DNA of 63,321 nt, filler included, from Reclinomonas americana ATCC 50394 (taxonomy: Eukaryota), in the NCBI GenBank assembly GCA_048213135.1. It is 15 parts of 14 records of this genome, joined end to end, with 100 filler letters (N's around TTAATTAATTAA, not from the genome) between each part and the next. Parts side by side here need not be neighbours in the genome. Positions count along the whole stretch, not along the records: positions 15,449 to 23,730 come from AFZH01016586.1; positions 23,831 to 25,994 come from AFZH01016587.1; positions 26,095 to 27,245 come from AFZH01016588.1; positions 27,346 to 29,161 come from AFZH01016589.1; positions 29,262 to 30,562 come from AFZH01016590.1; positions 30,663 to 37,781 come from PS016060.1; positions 37,882 to 40,825 come from PS016061.1; 8 more parts are not named here. One strand, written 5' to 3'. Shown here one piece after another: positions 22,166-38,509 of this stretch (positions within the stretch are counted from its first letter, which is position 1; each line of letters opens with the position of its first letter). The notes below the pieces were generated by a model, which saw nothing but the letters and a program-made list of their open reading frames with translations, was not told where the DNA came from and searched no databases. The position numbers and the translations under genes are program-made.

Positions 22166-23498
22166 TCACTCCGTGTCGCCGAGTCGGTTGAGGACCTCTC
22201 GCACTTCGTCGCCGAGTTCCAGTGCGGCGCCCACCTCGCAGTACTTGGAGCCGATAAAGGTGGCGACGGCGGAGGAGCTCGACGAGATGTAGACGACGGT
22301 GAAGGAGTCGTACGAGGCGACGAGCGACTGCAGCTGGCCGAGGCGGAGCTTGTTCGCCTGGAGGAGGGAAAGGGGGAGGGTGAGGGGATGCGAGGCAAAG
22401 GGATGGGCGGAAATACGGACCTGCTCGGTGATGACGTTGAGCGAGGCGGCGAGGGTGGACTCGAGGCCTTCCTCGGTAGTGGCCGAGTCGAGGGTGACTA
22501 ATGGGAAAGGGGAGAGGCAAGGGGGAAGGGGGAGTCAGGGGAGGGAGGGTGGTGGGAGGGGAAGGGGGGAATGATGCGGAAAGGGGGGAAGGAAGAGATG
22601 AATTTCTTGGTAAGGACGAATGCAGGGAAACAAGGGAGGTAGAGAGAGAGAGAGAGAGAGCGAGCACAGAAAGCAACAGCGAATGTATCACGTGAGAGAT
22701 GAGACCGAGTTGGGGAAAGAGCAACATAAAATACAGCAACAAACGAGGAGGGGAAGTCAAAGAGCAAACAACAGGAGACAGGCGCGTGCGGTGGAGACCG
22801 AGTGAAGACATTTGAGAGCACGAAGGTGAGAACGGACAGGGGAAGAACAGAAACAATTTTCGTGAGTTGAGTGGAGAGAGAATGGAGAGAGTGTATCGAC
22901 AACCTGCGGAAAGGTGGGATAGATCCAAGCAGTCAACGAAGTGAGAGAAAGAGAGGAGGAAATTTTGTCTCCTCTTTTCCCTCTTGTGTTCCCTCTCTCC
23001 TTCCTTTTGATGACCTTATCGTTTCAGCGGACATCGAGAAGAAGACACAGCGAAAAACAGCAATCACAAGTCTGGCAGGCAGCGGCGACAGGAGAAGATT
23101 CGGAGCTCAAGATCCCACACTTGGTAATGGAGTGACGACGCAGTCGAACAAAACGACGATACCCCCATGCCGCACGAAGCCCCTCCTTCGTCACCCTCCC
23201 TCAAGCTCACCTCTGCACACCTCGCCACCGGCCATATCACACACAAACACGGTGAAGAAGTTGGGCAACCTGTCCAGCAATCGCGCAAAGTACTCTTCCA
23301 CGGGGTTCGATGAGCTGCCGCCGGCCGCTGAAGAAGATGCCGCTCTTGACACTGCGCGCGTGAGGAGAAAAGGGTGAGGAAGAGAGGTGGAAGGGGTGGG
23401 AAAGGATAGAGAGGTAGAAGGGGGAGGGCGGTGGGGGAAGGGAGGGAGGTGGGGAAGGGAGAGCAAAATCTGCAAGTACAACTAGAAGTTGGAGACAT
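22166..23498 (-). CDS. LAMTOR3: Ragulator complex subunit LAMTOR3/MP1 homolog (multi-exon; start approximate)
   Basis: Spliced minus-strand peptide 'VEEYFARLLDRLPNFFTVFVCDMAGGEVCR..LESTLAASLNVITEQ/ANKLRLGQLQSLVASYDSFTVVYISSSSAVATFIGSKYCEVGAALEL' aligns by eye with LAMTOR3 'LKRFLYKKLPSVEGLHAIVVSDRDG..ATDQGSKLGLSKNKSIICYY'. Confidence 0.75.
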
Positions 23499-23534
23499 GA
23501 CATGATGAGAGAGTTGGACGCATGCGGATTGTGC

Positions 23535-23730
<196 letters not shown>

Positions 23731-23856
23731 NNNNNNNNNNNNNNNNNNNNNNNNNNNNNNNNNNNNNNNNNNNNTTAATTAATTAANNNNNNNNNNNNNN
23801 NNNNNNNNNNNNNNNNNNNNNNNNNNNNNNAGAATAGTATGTGTGAGTGTGTGAGC

Positions 23857-23934
<78 letters not shown>

Positions 23935-24023
23935 AGGGGGGAGAGAGCACGTGCGTGTGGAGAGTGTGTTGACGGAGACAAGGAGAGACCGATGTGAGGG
24001 CGGAAGAATGCAGATTGTGCAAC

Positions 24024-24062
<39 letters not shown>

Positions 24063-25307
24063 AGAAAGAATGCGTGTGCATCTGTGAGAGAGTGAGAAGA
24101 CAAGTGCGAGAGAAGAGTGTAACAACAATAACAAACGAGTATAAAAGAGATAGGGTGTGCTTGTGAAAGAGCGGTGATCAGCAACTTGAAGAGAACGAGA
24201 AGAACGGAAGAGAACACTCTCGCTCTCTCTCCTCTCACGAGCACAACAGTCACACACATTCTCACTATCTCTCTCTCACTCACTCACAAACACGCATTCA
24301 CTCTCTATGCACTCAACAAGCACTTCTCTCCTCCACCTCCACACACACAACACAGATGCACACAAAGGAGCAACACAAATGCACAAGTCAATGTGAATCT
24401 CAAAGCACACAAAGACACACACACACAAGCTCATTCTGTGCAAGAGACTGGATACTTCTCTCTCTCTCCCTCTCTCTCTCTCTCTTCCTCACACACACAC
24501 GCGCGTGACATGAGCATGTCATGGCCGCGCACACACACACAAACACACATTCCTGTGCGCGCACGCAACTTGTTTGATTGTTTGCTTGTTAAGAGCGTGT
24601 GTTAGAGAGAGATGTAGTGCGCGTTGAGCTGTTGTCGCGGAGAAAAACGCGTATGTTTTGTGAGGCAATTCTCCGGTTTCGTTGGTTGTGATGGAATGGT
24701 CTACATAAGGTGGAAACGGCTTTTTTGTGGGCGTGTGACAAGAGGCAGCAGGCATCTTGGCGGGGATGTGGACGCAATTTTACGCATGAAACGTGGTTTG
24801 TGATCGCCATGGCCTTCTTTTCCGCGTGGGTGCGATACTCACTCGTGCGCGGTCGCGTGTTGCAGATTGCGAATCGTGTGCACTGAGAGGCTAACGGGGA
24901 GTTCGAAATTCTTGTGTGCGGAAGTCTCTGTGAGGTTTTCCTGCCTCGAAAACTGTTCGCTGTGTTTGTGGGCAGGTGCGGCCGAGGATCTCGCGAATTC
25001 ATGCGCAAGCACCCGCACCAATTCCACCCTCGGATTCCCTCCTTTCCGACCACCAGTCCGCCGTACACGTACCGCCTGCAGTCATACGCAGCCGCAAGCG
25101 CTCGCCACCCAACCTCGACGTTGATCAACGTCGCCAACTCACCCCTTCACCTGCAATTCTCTGCCGCAAAAAGCCACTCACCGTTCCCCCATCACACACA
25201 CACTGGTACACAACCTCGCCTTCACACCGTTCTCGCCACCCACGCGCTTGCTCTGGCACAAAAAGTCCCACATGACAACCACTTGTCTCTCCGCGCTCGT
25301 GCGAGCC

Positions 25308-28181
<2,874 letters not shown>

Positions 28182-28490
28182 AGTCGGCGTGGAGGAGAAG
28201 CGGTGGTGTACTACATGACGGTTGTCAGAATCTGGTGCATTCGGTGTGAGAAGTGTGCTTTCCTCAGCCGAGTCTGTCATCTTGTCCAACACACAAAAAG
28301 GAACCTGCTGCTACTCCAAGACTGGTGTTTGTGTTGATATTTGGATACGGTTGAACTTGGTCATCAAGACAGCTGTTGCTTGTCTGTTGGTGAATTGTTG
28401 TTGATGTGGTGAGGTGTTTTGTTTTAACTTCGCACACACATTGCCTTCTCAGCGGACACGGCGGACACACACCCTTTTCCCCCCTCCACC

Positions 28491-29280
28491 ATGCCGCCCG
28501 GCTCACCCTCCCGCCTCCCCTCGTCGCCTCCCGCTCGCGAGATCATCGTTCCCGACCCCGAGCGCTTCCTCAATGCCGACGAGGACATTAGTCACTTGCA
28601 CGGGAAGATCATGCCCAGTGACCTGGCCGCCGCGCTGCCCAACAATGTGCAAGTCGGCGATCTGCTGATGTTTTCCGAGTATCGAGGCACTAATGCGCTG
28701 TTTGTTGGTGTGTGGGAGAGGGGGGAAGGGAGGGAGGAGAGGGGGGAGGAGGGAGAAGGAGGAGGAGAAGGGGGACTGAGAGAGAGAGAGAGAGAGAGTC
28801 TGAGAGAGAGAGAGAGAGTGTGTGTGTGTGTGTGTGAGTGTGTGTGTGTGTGCGAGTGAGTGAGGGAGAGAGAGAGAGAGCGAGTGAGTGAGTGACTGAG
28901 TGTGCGTGTGTGAGTGAGAGTGTGCGCGAGAGAGAGTGAGAGAGAGGGAGTGAGAGAGAGTGTGTGAGAGAGTGTGTGCAAGTGAGTGAGTGAGTGAGTG
29001 ACAGAAGGAAAGAGAGAAAGAGTGCGAGAAAACTGCGAAAGAGAGAGAGAGAGAGTGTGTGTGAGAGAGTGAGCGAGTGTGAGAGTGAGTGAGTGAGTGA
29101 GTAAGAGAGAGACAAGACTGAGAGAGAGAGAGAAAGAGAGAGAAAGAGAGAGAAAGAGAGTNNNNNNNNNNNNNNNNNNNNNNNNNNNNNNNNNNNNNNN
29201 NNNNNTTAATTAATTAANNNNNNNNNNNNNNNNNNNNNNNNNNNNNNNNNNNNNNNNNNNNCTCTCTCTCGTCTCTCTCT

Positions 29281-29326
<46 letters not shown>

Positions 29327-30562
29327 TCTCACTGTTATGCAATCTCTCAAGCATACTCTGCGGGTGTGAGAATCACCGCGAGGTGCTTTTCTCTTTGTTG
29401 TCTCGGTACAAGTCTTTCTCCTCGTCGTGCTCCTCCTCCTTCTCCTTCGCACTCTCTCTCACACATACTCTGCAGTGTGAGAGAGTTAGAGGCCCACCGA
29501 GAGATGCTTCTCTCTTTGTTGTCTCGGCGCAAGTTCTTCTCCTCTTCGTGCTCCTCCTCTCACGCTCTCTCACTCTAACTCTGCAGGTGTGAGAGAGTTC
29601 ACGCTCTCTCTACTCTAACTCTGCAGGTGTGAGAGAGTTAGAGGACCACCGCGAGGTGCTTCTCTCTTTGTTGTCTTGGCACAAGTTCTCCTCCTCTTCG
29701 TGCTCCTCCTCCTTCTCCTTCTCACTCTCACGCATACTCTGCTAGTGCAAGAGAGTTAGAGAACCACTGAGAGGTGCTTCTCTCTTTGTTGTCTTGGCAC
29801 AAGTTCTCCTCCTCTTCGTGCTCCTCCTCCTTCTCTCTTTCTCTCTCACGCATACTCTGCTAGTGCAAGAGAGTTAGAGAACCACCGCGAGGTGCTTCTC
29901 TCTTTGTTGTCTCGTTACAAGTTCTTCTCCTCTTCGTGCTCCTCCTCCTCACGCTCTCTCACTCTAACTCTGCAGGTGTGAGAGAGTGGAGAGAACCACC
30001 GGAAGGTGCTTATCTCTTTGTTGTCTTGGCACAAGTTCTCCTCCTCCTTCTCCTTCTCTCGCTCACTCTAACTCTGCAAGTGTGAGAGAGTTAGAGAACC
30101 ACCGAGAGGTGCTTATCTCAAGTTCTCCTCCTCTTCGTGCTCCTCCTCCTTCTCCTTCTCTCTGTCTCTCTCTCTCTGTGCGTGAGAGAACTGCGGAGAC
30201 AAACAGGCTGTCATGTTTAGCATGTTTCTCTTTTCTTCGTTGCTCTTCCCGCTTGTTGTTCTCATTCCTCCCTCCCCCTCCCCCCTCCTCCCCCTCCTCC
30301 CCCCTCCTCCCCCACCCTTCCCCCTCCTTCTCCTATTCAGGTACCTGGACATCCCCTTCGAAATCACCCGCCTCTTCACCAACGCGGTGGAGAAATTCGC
30401 CGAGCTCGACTGGCTCTTCCTGGACCTGCCCACCGACGACGCGTGGTGGGTGCAGCGCTTTGGCGAGGCGGCGCCGGAGGACTGGCGACTGCAGCTGCAC
30501 GTGCAGAATGGAGCGGCCGACGACCCCGACGTGCTATTCGTGACGTTTCCGTCGCGGCGCAT
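28491..30562 (+). CDS. Hypothetical protein (exon fragments ~28491-28708 and ~30341-30562)
   Basis: High-complexity, GC-rich coding-like islands bounded by a donor-like GT and a pyrimidine tract + AG: 'EIIVPDPERFL..VQVGDLLMFSEYRGTNALFV' and 'YLDIPFEITRLFTNAVEKFAELDWLFLDLP'. No family recognised. Confidence 0.5.
29340..30160. repeat. ~120-bp degenerate tandem repeat in intron
   Basis: Recurrent 'gagagttagagaaccacc..gaggtgcttctctctttgttgtct..gcacaagttctcctcctcttcgtgctcctcctcct'. Confidence 0.85.
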
Positions 30563-31318
30563 NNNNNNNNNNNNNNNNNNNNNNNNNNNNNNNNNNNNNN
30601 NNNNNNTTAATTAATTAANNNNNNNNNNNNNNNNNNNNNNNNNNNNNNNNNNNNNNNNNNNNGGAAGGGGAAGGGGAAAGGGGGGTGGAGCAGGAGGAGG
30701 AGGAGAGTTCGTGTGTTTTTTTCTTTCTTTCTGCTTTTCTCTGACTTTTTTTGCTTGTGCTTTTTTCCTTCCTGGTGAAGTTCGTCTTGCAGCTGATGGT
30801 TCGCATTCATCTGTCTCTCTGTCGCTGTCTCTCTCTCTCTCTCTGTGTGTGTGTCTCTCTCTCTTCGTCTCTCTCTCTCCAGTCTGCGTCGTGTCTTTGT
30901 TCGTAGTTGTCATGTCACCGCCAAGTCGTGTGCGTGTCTTGATTGCTACAGCAAGTCCCTCTAACTCGCTCTCTCTTACTGTCTCTCTTTGTCTTCCTGT
31001 GTTGGAACCTTTTGCCTCTTCGTCGCGGACAGTGTCTCTCAGTTGTTGTCTCGCAGTTATTGGTTTCTCCCTCATAGTCGATTCACTGCATGTCTGTGCG
31101 CCGCGAGGATGTTTTTTCGTTTCTGTGTGTTGTTTGTTTGTACTCTCTCTCTCTCTCTCTCTCTCTATTGTTCAGTCATACTTCAATCTTTTATTCTTTC
31201 TGCCTTCTATCTTTTTTCTTTTCCGTTTCTTGCATTTTGTCAACTTCGGCTTGCTGGCTCGTACAGCAGGATCTGAACATGTTTCTTTTCCTTATCGCAT
31301 GGCTTGTAATTTGCTAGT

Positions 31319-31446
<128 letters not shown>

Positions 31447-31638
31447 GTACTACNNNNNNNNNNNNNNNNNNNNNNNNNNNNNNNNNNNNNNNNNNNNNNN
31501 NNNNNNNNNNNNNNNNNNNNNNNNNNNNNNNNNNNNNNNNNNNNNNNNNNNNNNNNNNNNNNNNNNNNNNNNNNNNNNNNNNNNNNNNNNNNNNNNNNNN
31601 NNNNNNNNNNNNNNNNNNNNNNNNNNNNNNNNNNCGTC

Positions 31639-31701
<63 letters not shown>

Positions 31702-31733
31702 TCTGTATGCTCACTGTCCTTGTGAATGCGTAG

Positions 31734-34700
31734 TTCTCTGTGCGCGTGAGTGCGGCGCATGATTCATCGTTGTCGGTGGTGGTGGAGGGCCTGTCGGCGT
31801 TGACCACTCTCGCGGACTTGCTGTGCGAGGCCACACGCTTGCTGCGTGAGAAGAGTGGGGATGGGGAGATGGAGATTGTGGGGGTGGAAAAGCCGGTACC
31901 GTATGACTTGGAGGAGGGTGGTGGCACTTCGCTGCGTGGACTCGGCATCAACTCATTCACTCATCTCGTCGTCTGCCTGACACTTGGCGTGGCGCTGCAG
32001 TCGAGTGGAGGGAGTGGGAGTGAGGGCGGAAGGTGTGTGTATTTGATTCATCTCTCTGTGCATAACATGCATCTCACTCTCATGTCGTCGCTCAGCAACT
32101 CAGAGCGAGTGACTCGGTTTGTTTTGCTTGCCTTTGTCATCCGCCTCTCTCTCTTCCTTGTTCTTCCACTCTCGGTGTGAGTCTGTGCTGACTATATGTG
32201 TGTGCACGGACACAGCATGATCAACTCCCAGCGCATCAACATGGCCTTTGAGGCGGTGGAGGAGGCCGTTCGTCTGCGTTGTCAACGCACACTGGCACAG
32301 TTCAGCCGCGATCATCCCGATTTCGATGTGAGGGCGTGGGTGCCGAGTTTTACTCCTGCTGGCATGGATGCGGCGGCTGTGAAGGAGTGGCGAGCTAGGC
32401 ACTCGATGCCAGGCATTGGGTTCGTCAAGCTGCCGAGAGAAGCATGGGCGCATGTGCATGTGTGGCACTCGACTTTCTCCGCCAACTCGGCTGTTGATCC
32501 ACATTGCGATGGTTTCGACATCGGCGATCTCGGCTCCATGTTTTCGTACGGAGCATTCATTGCGGTGGACAGCAGTGACGGCCGGCGGCAAGTGCACGAA
32601 TTGCTGCCAGTCGTGACCGAACGGCTGGCAATCGAGCAAGCGGTGCAAGTGCGGAACACACTGGCGCACCATCGAGACCAAGCATTGTGGACGGATGCCT
32701 CTGTGCAGCAGTATCTTGGGGATGGTGGTGCCTTCCTCTCCATCCTCTCTCGTCTGCAGCTGACAGCTGAGGAGCGTGCTCGATTCTCTGCTCGTATCTG
32801 TGAGGCACGTCACGCACTGATCAACATCAGCTCATTTGAAGAACGACTTCATCGACTGGCTGTGCGTGAGCTCTCCTTCTACCAACACGACGAGAGTGTG
32901 CGCAAGGACATGCAGATGTATGTGCCACTGCTGTGCTCCCGTGAACGTGACGTTTCGTCGAGTGTGACGGATTCGCTGACTGAGGTGGATGTCTTCCTCT
33001 CCGACTCCAATACCACCCACCGTGTGCTCGTGCTCTTTGGCAACAGTGGCGCCGGCAAGACCACCACCATGGCCGTGCTGGCTGAGAGAGCATGGAGGCA
33101 GTGGCAGACGAGGGAGAGCAGACGTGTGCCTGTGCGTGTGCCTCTTGGTGCTCTGCGCAATGCCGATGAGCGATTGTTGGAGGAGGCACTGGAGCGACTG
33201 TCACCCGAGTTGGGATTCAGTGAGTCGGATGTGCGACGGTTGAAGGAGGAACCACTGCTGTTGTTGCTTGACGGATATGACGAGTTGTACCGTGGTGTGA
33301 ATCTGTTTGTGAAGAACCAGCTGGACGTGTGTCGCGATATGAAGGTGATTATCACTTGTCGTGGCGATTACGCACTGACGGCACTGGGCGGAGTGACACA
33401 GTATCGACGGCACTTTGCACCAGTGGATGCGCGAGGACAGTTATGCATGCAACAGTTGATGGAGCGACACATTGCGCCCTTCAACAAAGAGCAGATTGTG
33501 GAGTACTTTGAGCGATTGGTGCAAGTGGGTTTTGGTGAGGATGTTGACGGTGAAGTGCGATGGTCTACTATGGAGGAGTACATTCGTGCATTGAACAGTG
33601 TGCATGGACTGGATGCGTTGGTGTCGAATCCGTTCCTTCTGGCAGTGGTGGCTCGTGTGTTGCCGCAGTTGGTGGCGGGTGGTGTGCAGCGACCGACTCG
33701 GTGTGATGTGTTTGACGGATTCATTCGACAGTGGATTGTGAGGGAGCAGGAGAGGCAGACTCGTCTCGGTTCGGAGCGTGTGCCGAGTGAGGAGACGTGT
33801 ATCTCTTTCTGTGAGGGACTGGCACGGTTGATGCATGAGAGGAATGCGGTGCGTGTGTCTGTGATGGAGAGTCGGTCAGGTGAGGACGATGACTTTGGTG
33901 GTGCGCCTCTCGCCTTACGACGAGTGGAAGAAGGACCATTTGACAAATTCCTCGGCCGCAAGAACCAGCATGTGCGAGTGTGCTGTCCAATTGTGCGACG
34001 GTATGGGACGGATCAGTGGGGATTCGTGCACCTGTCGTTGCTGGAGCACTGTGTGGCGCGCCATGTGTTTGCGTGGGAGACGTGGGGGGAGGAGAGGAGG
34101 TTGACAATGGAAGATGTGCAGCAGCATGTGTTGAGTGTGCGTCTGCTGAATGATCGACCTTCTTTGGTAGATCAGATGGCCGAGGTGGTGCGACGGTCTC
34201 CTTCACTGCAAGCGAGACTGTGGGAGGTGATTGAGATTTCACGAGAGGTGGATGAGGAACGAGTGGTGACGGCTGCAGCGAATGCAGCGACGGTGTTGTG
34301 TTTGGCACAAGTGTCGTTCAGCGGGCGTGATCTGTCTGGTGTGCGAGTGAGGGGTGCGGATTTGAGGGATGCTGTGATGCACAGGACGGTGTGGAAGGGG
34401 GCGGATTTGCGTGGGGTTAACGTGTGCATGGCGTATGCAAGGGAGGCGGATTTCAGAGGGGCGGATGTGACGGATGTGAGGTGGCCGAGGAAGCCAATGG
34501 TGGGACACACAAAGGGGGTGTGTGCAGTGGCAGTGACACCCGATGGCCAGTACATTGTGAGTGGCAGTTGGGACAATACTGTACGTGTGTGGTCGCTGGA
34601 AAGTGGCGAGAAGGTGCGCCGGCTGAAGGGCCATTCGAGAGCGGTGGATGCAGTGGCAGTGACACCCGATGGCCAGCACATTGTGAGTGGTAGTACGGAC

Positions 34701-36602
34701 AGGACTGTACGGGTGTGGTCGATGACAAATGGCGAGGAAGTGCGCCGACTGAAAGGCCACAAGGGTGAGGTGTGTGCAGTGGCAGTGACACCCGATGGCC
34801 AGCACATTGTGAGTGGCAGTGATGACAATACTGTACGGGTGTGGCCGATGACAAGTGGCGAGGAAGTGCGCCGACTGGAAGGCCACACAAGTGCGGTGAG
34901 TGCAGTGGCAGTAACTCCCGATGGTCAGCTTGTTGTTAGTGGGAGTGCTGACAGGACTGTACGGGTGTGGTCGCTGGCAAGTGGCGAGGAGGTGCGCCGA
35001 CTGGAAGGACACACAGGTTGGGTGAATTCTGTCGCCGTCACTCAAGATGGGCAGTTTGTTGTTAGTGGGGGTGGAGACAAGACAGTGCGAGTGTGGTCAC
35101 TGGCGAATGGAGATGAAGTGCGACGGTTTGAGGGACACGCCGATGCAGTATTCACTGTCGCCGTCACTCCCGATGGGCAGCACGTCGTCAGCAGGAGTGG
35201 GGACTCGACAGTGCGAGTTTTGTCACTAGCGAGTGGCGGAGAGGTGCGACGGTACACTCGTCAACTGCTTTCAATTACAGTTACTCCTGATGGTCAGTAT
35301 ATCGTGAGTGGGAGTAAAGACATGACAGTACGAATGTGGCCTGTGATAGGTGATGAAGAGGTGCGACGGTTGGAAGGGCACACCGGATCGGTGCATTCAG
35401 TTGTGCTCACCCACGATTGTCAGCATGCTGTGAGTGCTGGTGATGACGACACGCTGAGGATGTGGTCTGTGTCAACGGGCGAGGAACTGTGGAAGGTGGC
35501 AGTACATCCTTCAGCAAATACTGTGTCTCCAGATGGTCAATTCGCCGTGAGTGGGAGTGGGAACGGGTCTATTCTGGTGTGGTCATTGGCGAGTGGAGGA
35601 GAAATGCGACGATTTGAGGGACACAATCGCGATGTAATGTGTGTTACCGTCAATCCCAATGGTCAGTACATTGTCAGCGGAGGCCGTGACAATATTGTGC
35701 GCGTGTGGTCGTTGGCGAGTGGAGAAGAAGTGCGGCGGTTGGAAGGACATACTTTGTGGGTGAACTCTGTTGTCGTCACTCCTGATGGTCAGCGCATTTT
35801 GAGCGTAGGTGGGGACAAGACGGTGCGAGTGTGGTCATTGGCGAGTGGAGAAGAGTTGCGCCGACTGGAGATACACACTGGCTGGGTGAATTATGTCGTC
35901 GTCACTCCTGATGGTCAGTTCGTTGTTAGCTGGGATGGTGGCAGAACAGTACGAGTGTGGTCGCTGGCAAGCGGCGAGGAGGTGCGCCGACTGGAGGGAA
36001 ACATTGGTTCGGTGAAATGTGTCGTCGTCACTCCCGATGGTCAGCACATCGTAAGTGGGAGTTACGACAAGACAGTGCGAGTGTGGTCACTGACGAGTGG
36101 AAAGGAACTGCTACGACTGGAGGGACACGCAGGTGGGGTGTGGTCTGTCGACGTCACTCCCGATGGCCAGTACATCATTAGTCGCGGTGGTCACGGAGAA
36201 GTACGGGTATGGTCACTGTCGACTGGAGAAGAAGTGCCTTTTGACGAGCAAGCGGACCTCGTGTCTCCTGCGGCGGATCGTGTGACTTATCTTCGCTGCA
36301 TGGCGTTCGGTTCAGCGTGCACCGCTCGTGTGTCTGGCAGGGTGATCCAACTGATGCGTCGAAACACTCGCGGGCTTGTGGAACGTATTCTCGGCACCGT
36401 CTCGCCTGATTTCAACAATGCGCTTGGTGCTGATGGGAACATCTTCGTGCCAGATGTAGTTGTGCGACTCGAGGAAGAGGATGCAGAGGATTATGTGGAC
36501 GAAGAGTCTTTTCACGATGACGATGACGATAACGAATACGATGCAGTTGCAGTGTCTCGGCAGGCGATGAAGACCACGGACCCCCCGTGGTCATGGTCAT
36601 AA
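31734..36602 (+). CDS. STAND/NLR-like protein copy 2: Ubl - HEPN-like - NACHT - pentapeptide - ~14 WD40 - acidic tail; exons 31734-32032, 32096-32116, 32216-36602 (first micro-exon not located)
   Basis: Same intron positions and 21-nt micro-exon as copy 1. RNTLAH at 32652-32669, GNSGAGKTT, LLLLDGYDEL, about 14 WD40 units, tail 'EEEDAEDYVDEESFHDDDDDNEYD'. Confidence 0.9.
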
Positions 36603-37731
36603 GGGGTATGGGTTAGATGGGTATGGGTTAGATGGAGATCATCGTGCAGCTGTTTGCGGTTTGGAGTGAACTTCTCAATACTTGTGAGTTTGGCATCAAC
36701 AAACCCCAGATGCACTGTGTTTGCCTTGCCTTGATGTACAAAGTGGGAGAGGAAGAAAGAGACGCATGTGGGAAGGAATGGGGAGGGGAAGAGAGTGAAT
36801 GCCTTGCTGCCTGCCGTTTTGAATACACTTGACGGTTGGCTTCGCATGCACTTGCTGCACATGCGATTAATGTTGCAAGCGCGACGGCGTCGATCGAGAA
36901 GTTTGCGTCTGTCTTTTCTGACGTCTCGAGAGAACTCTCAGCAGCAGAACAGTAACATCTACATTACCGCTTCAAAGACAGACAAATCATCACCCTCAAC
37001 GCGATCGTTACGTACGTAGTGACAAGACCGACACTCACTGTAGCGAGATCCACTGTCAAATATAATGTCCCCATGTCCTGTTTTCCCCGACGTCCTCCAA
37101 AGCTCCGTCTCCAAAAATGCCGAGAAGAGGAGCGCAGCACACACGCGCCTTCCTCCTCTGCGCACTTGCATTATTACTCTCATTAACGCTGCTCCTATCA
37201 TGCAACAACGCGAGCGCATTAACGGTTCGTCAGTCGACGTTTGGTGGCTGTTTTTTTCGCGCCTTGTTCGATAAACTGCCTCCTCATGACATCGTGATCG
37301 ATTCGATGTGATTGAGAGAGGCACGGAGAGAGAGAGAGAGAGAGAGAGAAAGAAAGGGAGAGGAGAGGAGGAGAGAGGAAGGAGGGTGAGGAGAGGAGAG
37401 CGAAGAGACAGAGAGAGAAGGCGATTGATTGTCCACGATCGACAACGGCAGTGGAAAGGAGAGAGAGAGAGTGAGAGAGAGAGGGAGAGAGGGAAAGAGG
37501 CGCACACACAGAGTGAGAGAGCGATAGAGAGCGAGAGAGACGGAAGGAGGCCGATCGTGATCGATCTTCATTGACACCTTGAAAAATGTTGTCCCCTTAG
37601 TGAGACAGACTTCCTTTCTCATTCTCTCAGTCTCATTCCCACTCTCCTGCGTTGACAGTCGATCGTCACTGCGCAGGCACCCTCTCATCAACTTATTCGA
37701 CCTCTTGACAACCGATCGTCGTTCCTTGAGC

Positions 37732-37781
<50 letters not shown>

Positions 37782-37898
37782 NNNNNNNNNNNNNNNNNNN
37801 NNNNNNNNNNNNNNNNNNNNNNNNNTTAATTAATTAANNNNNNNNNNNNNNNNNNNNNNNNNNNNNNNNNNNNNNNNNNNNTCTCTCTCTCTCGTCTC

Positions 37899-38004
<106 letters not shown>

Positions 38005-38509
38005 TTTCCTGGTATTCTAATGCACGCTATCGTCTCCATTTCCAGCGTTTCCTTTCCATGTCGCGCATCGCAGGCTGTGCGTGCTCCATACTTCTCCTTG
38101 TCGTCCAACTCTCTCCTTGTATGCTCGCACGCGTTGGTTGTCTCGTCGAGCGTTCCCTAAGCGGTTGCTTTCGTCTTCTTTTCTCGCCTTGTCGCACATC
38201 CCAGGCTGTGTCTGCATGCGCTTTGCACTTTGCTTGTCGCTCAGTTTCTCTCCTCGTGTCCTCGCACTCTCATCAACAATCGCACAATCTGCTCCTCGTG
38301 CGATTCAAATGCGTTTCACTCTTCGATTGCTTTTCTCGCCTTGTCGCACATCCGATGCATGTGCGTGCTCCATGCTTGTCGCTTGTCGCTCGGCTTTTCT
38401 TATTGTCGCAGAGTGCTCTCATCCATAACTGAGCGATTCCCCTGTGTTTTGCAACTGCAGCCATTCTCACCCCCTTGCCTTCTCTTTCCCTTACCCTTCC
38501 CCTGTGCAG

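Noticed and set aside
31090..31095. ATGTCT|GT as the first micro-exon of NACHT copy 2
   Set aside because: It matches the copy-1 'MS' start pattern, but an N gap (31454-31634) lies between and flanks show no homology to the copy-1 5' region; unsupported.
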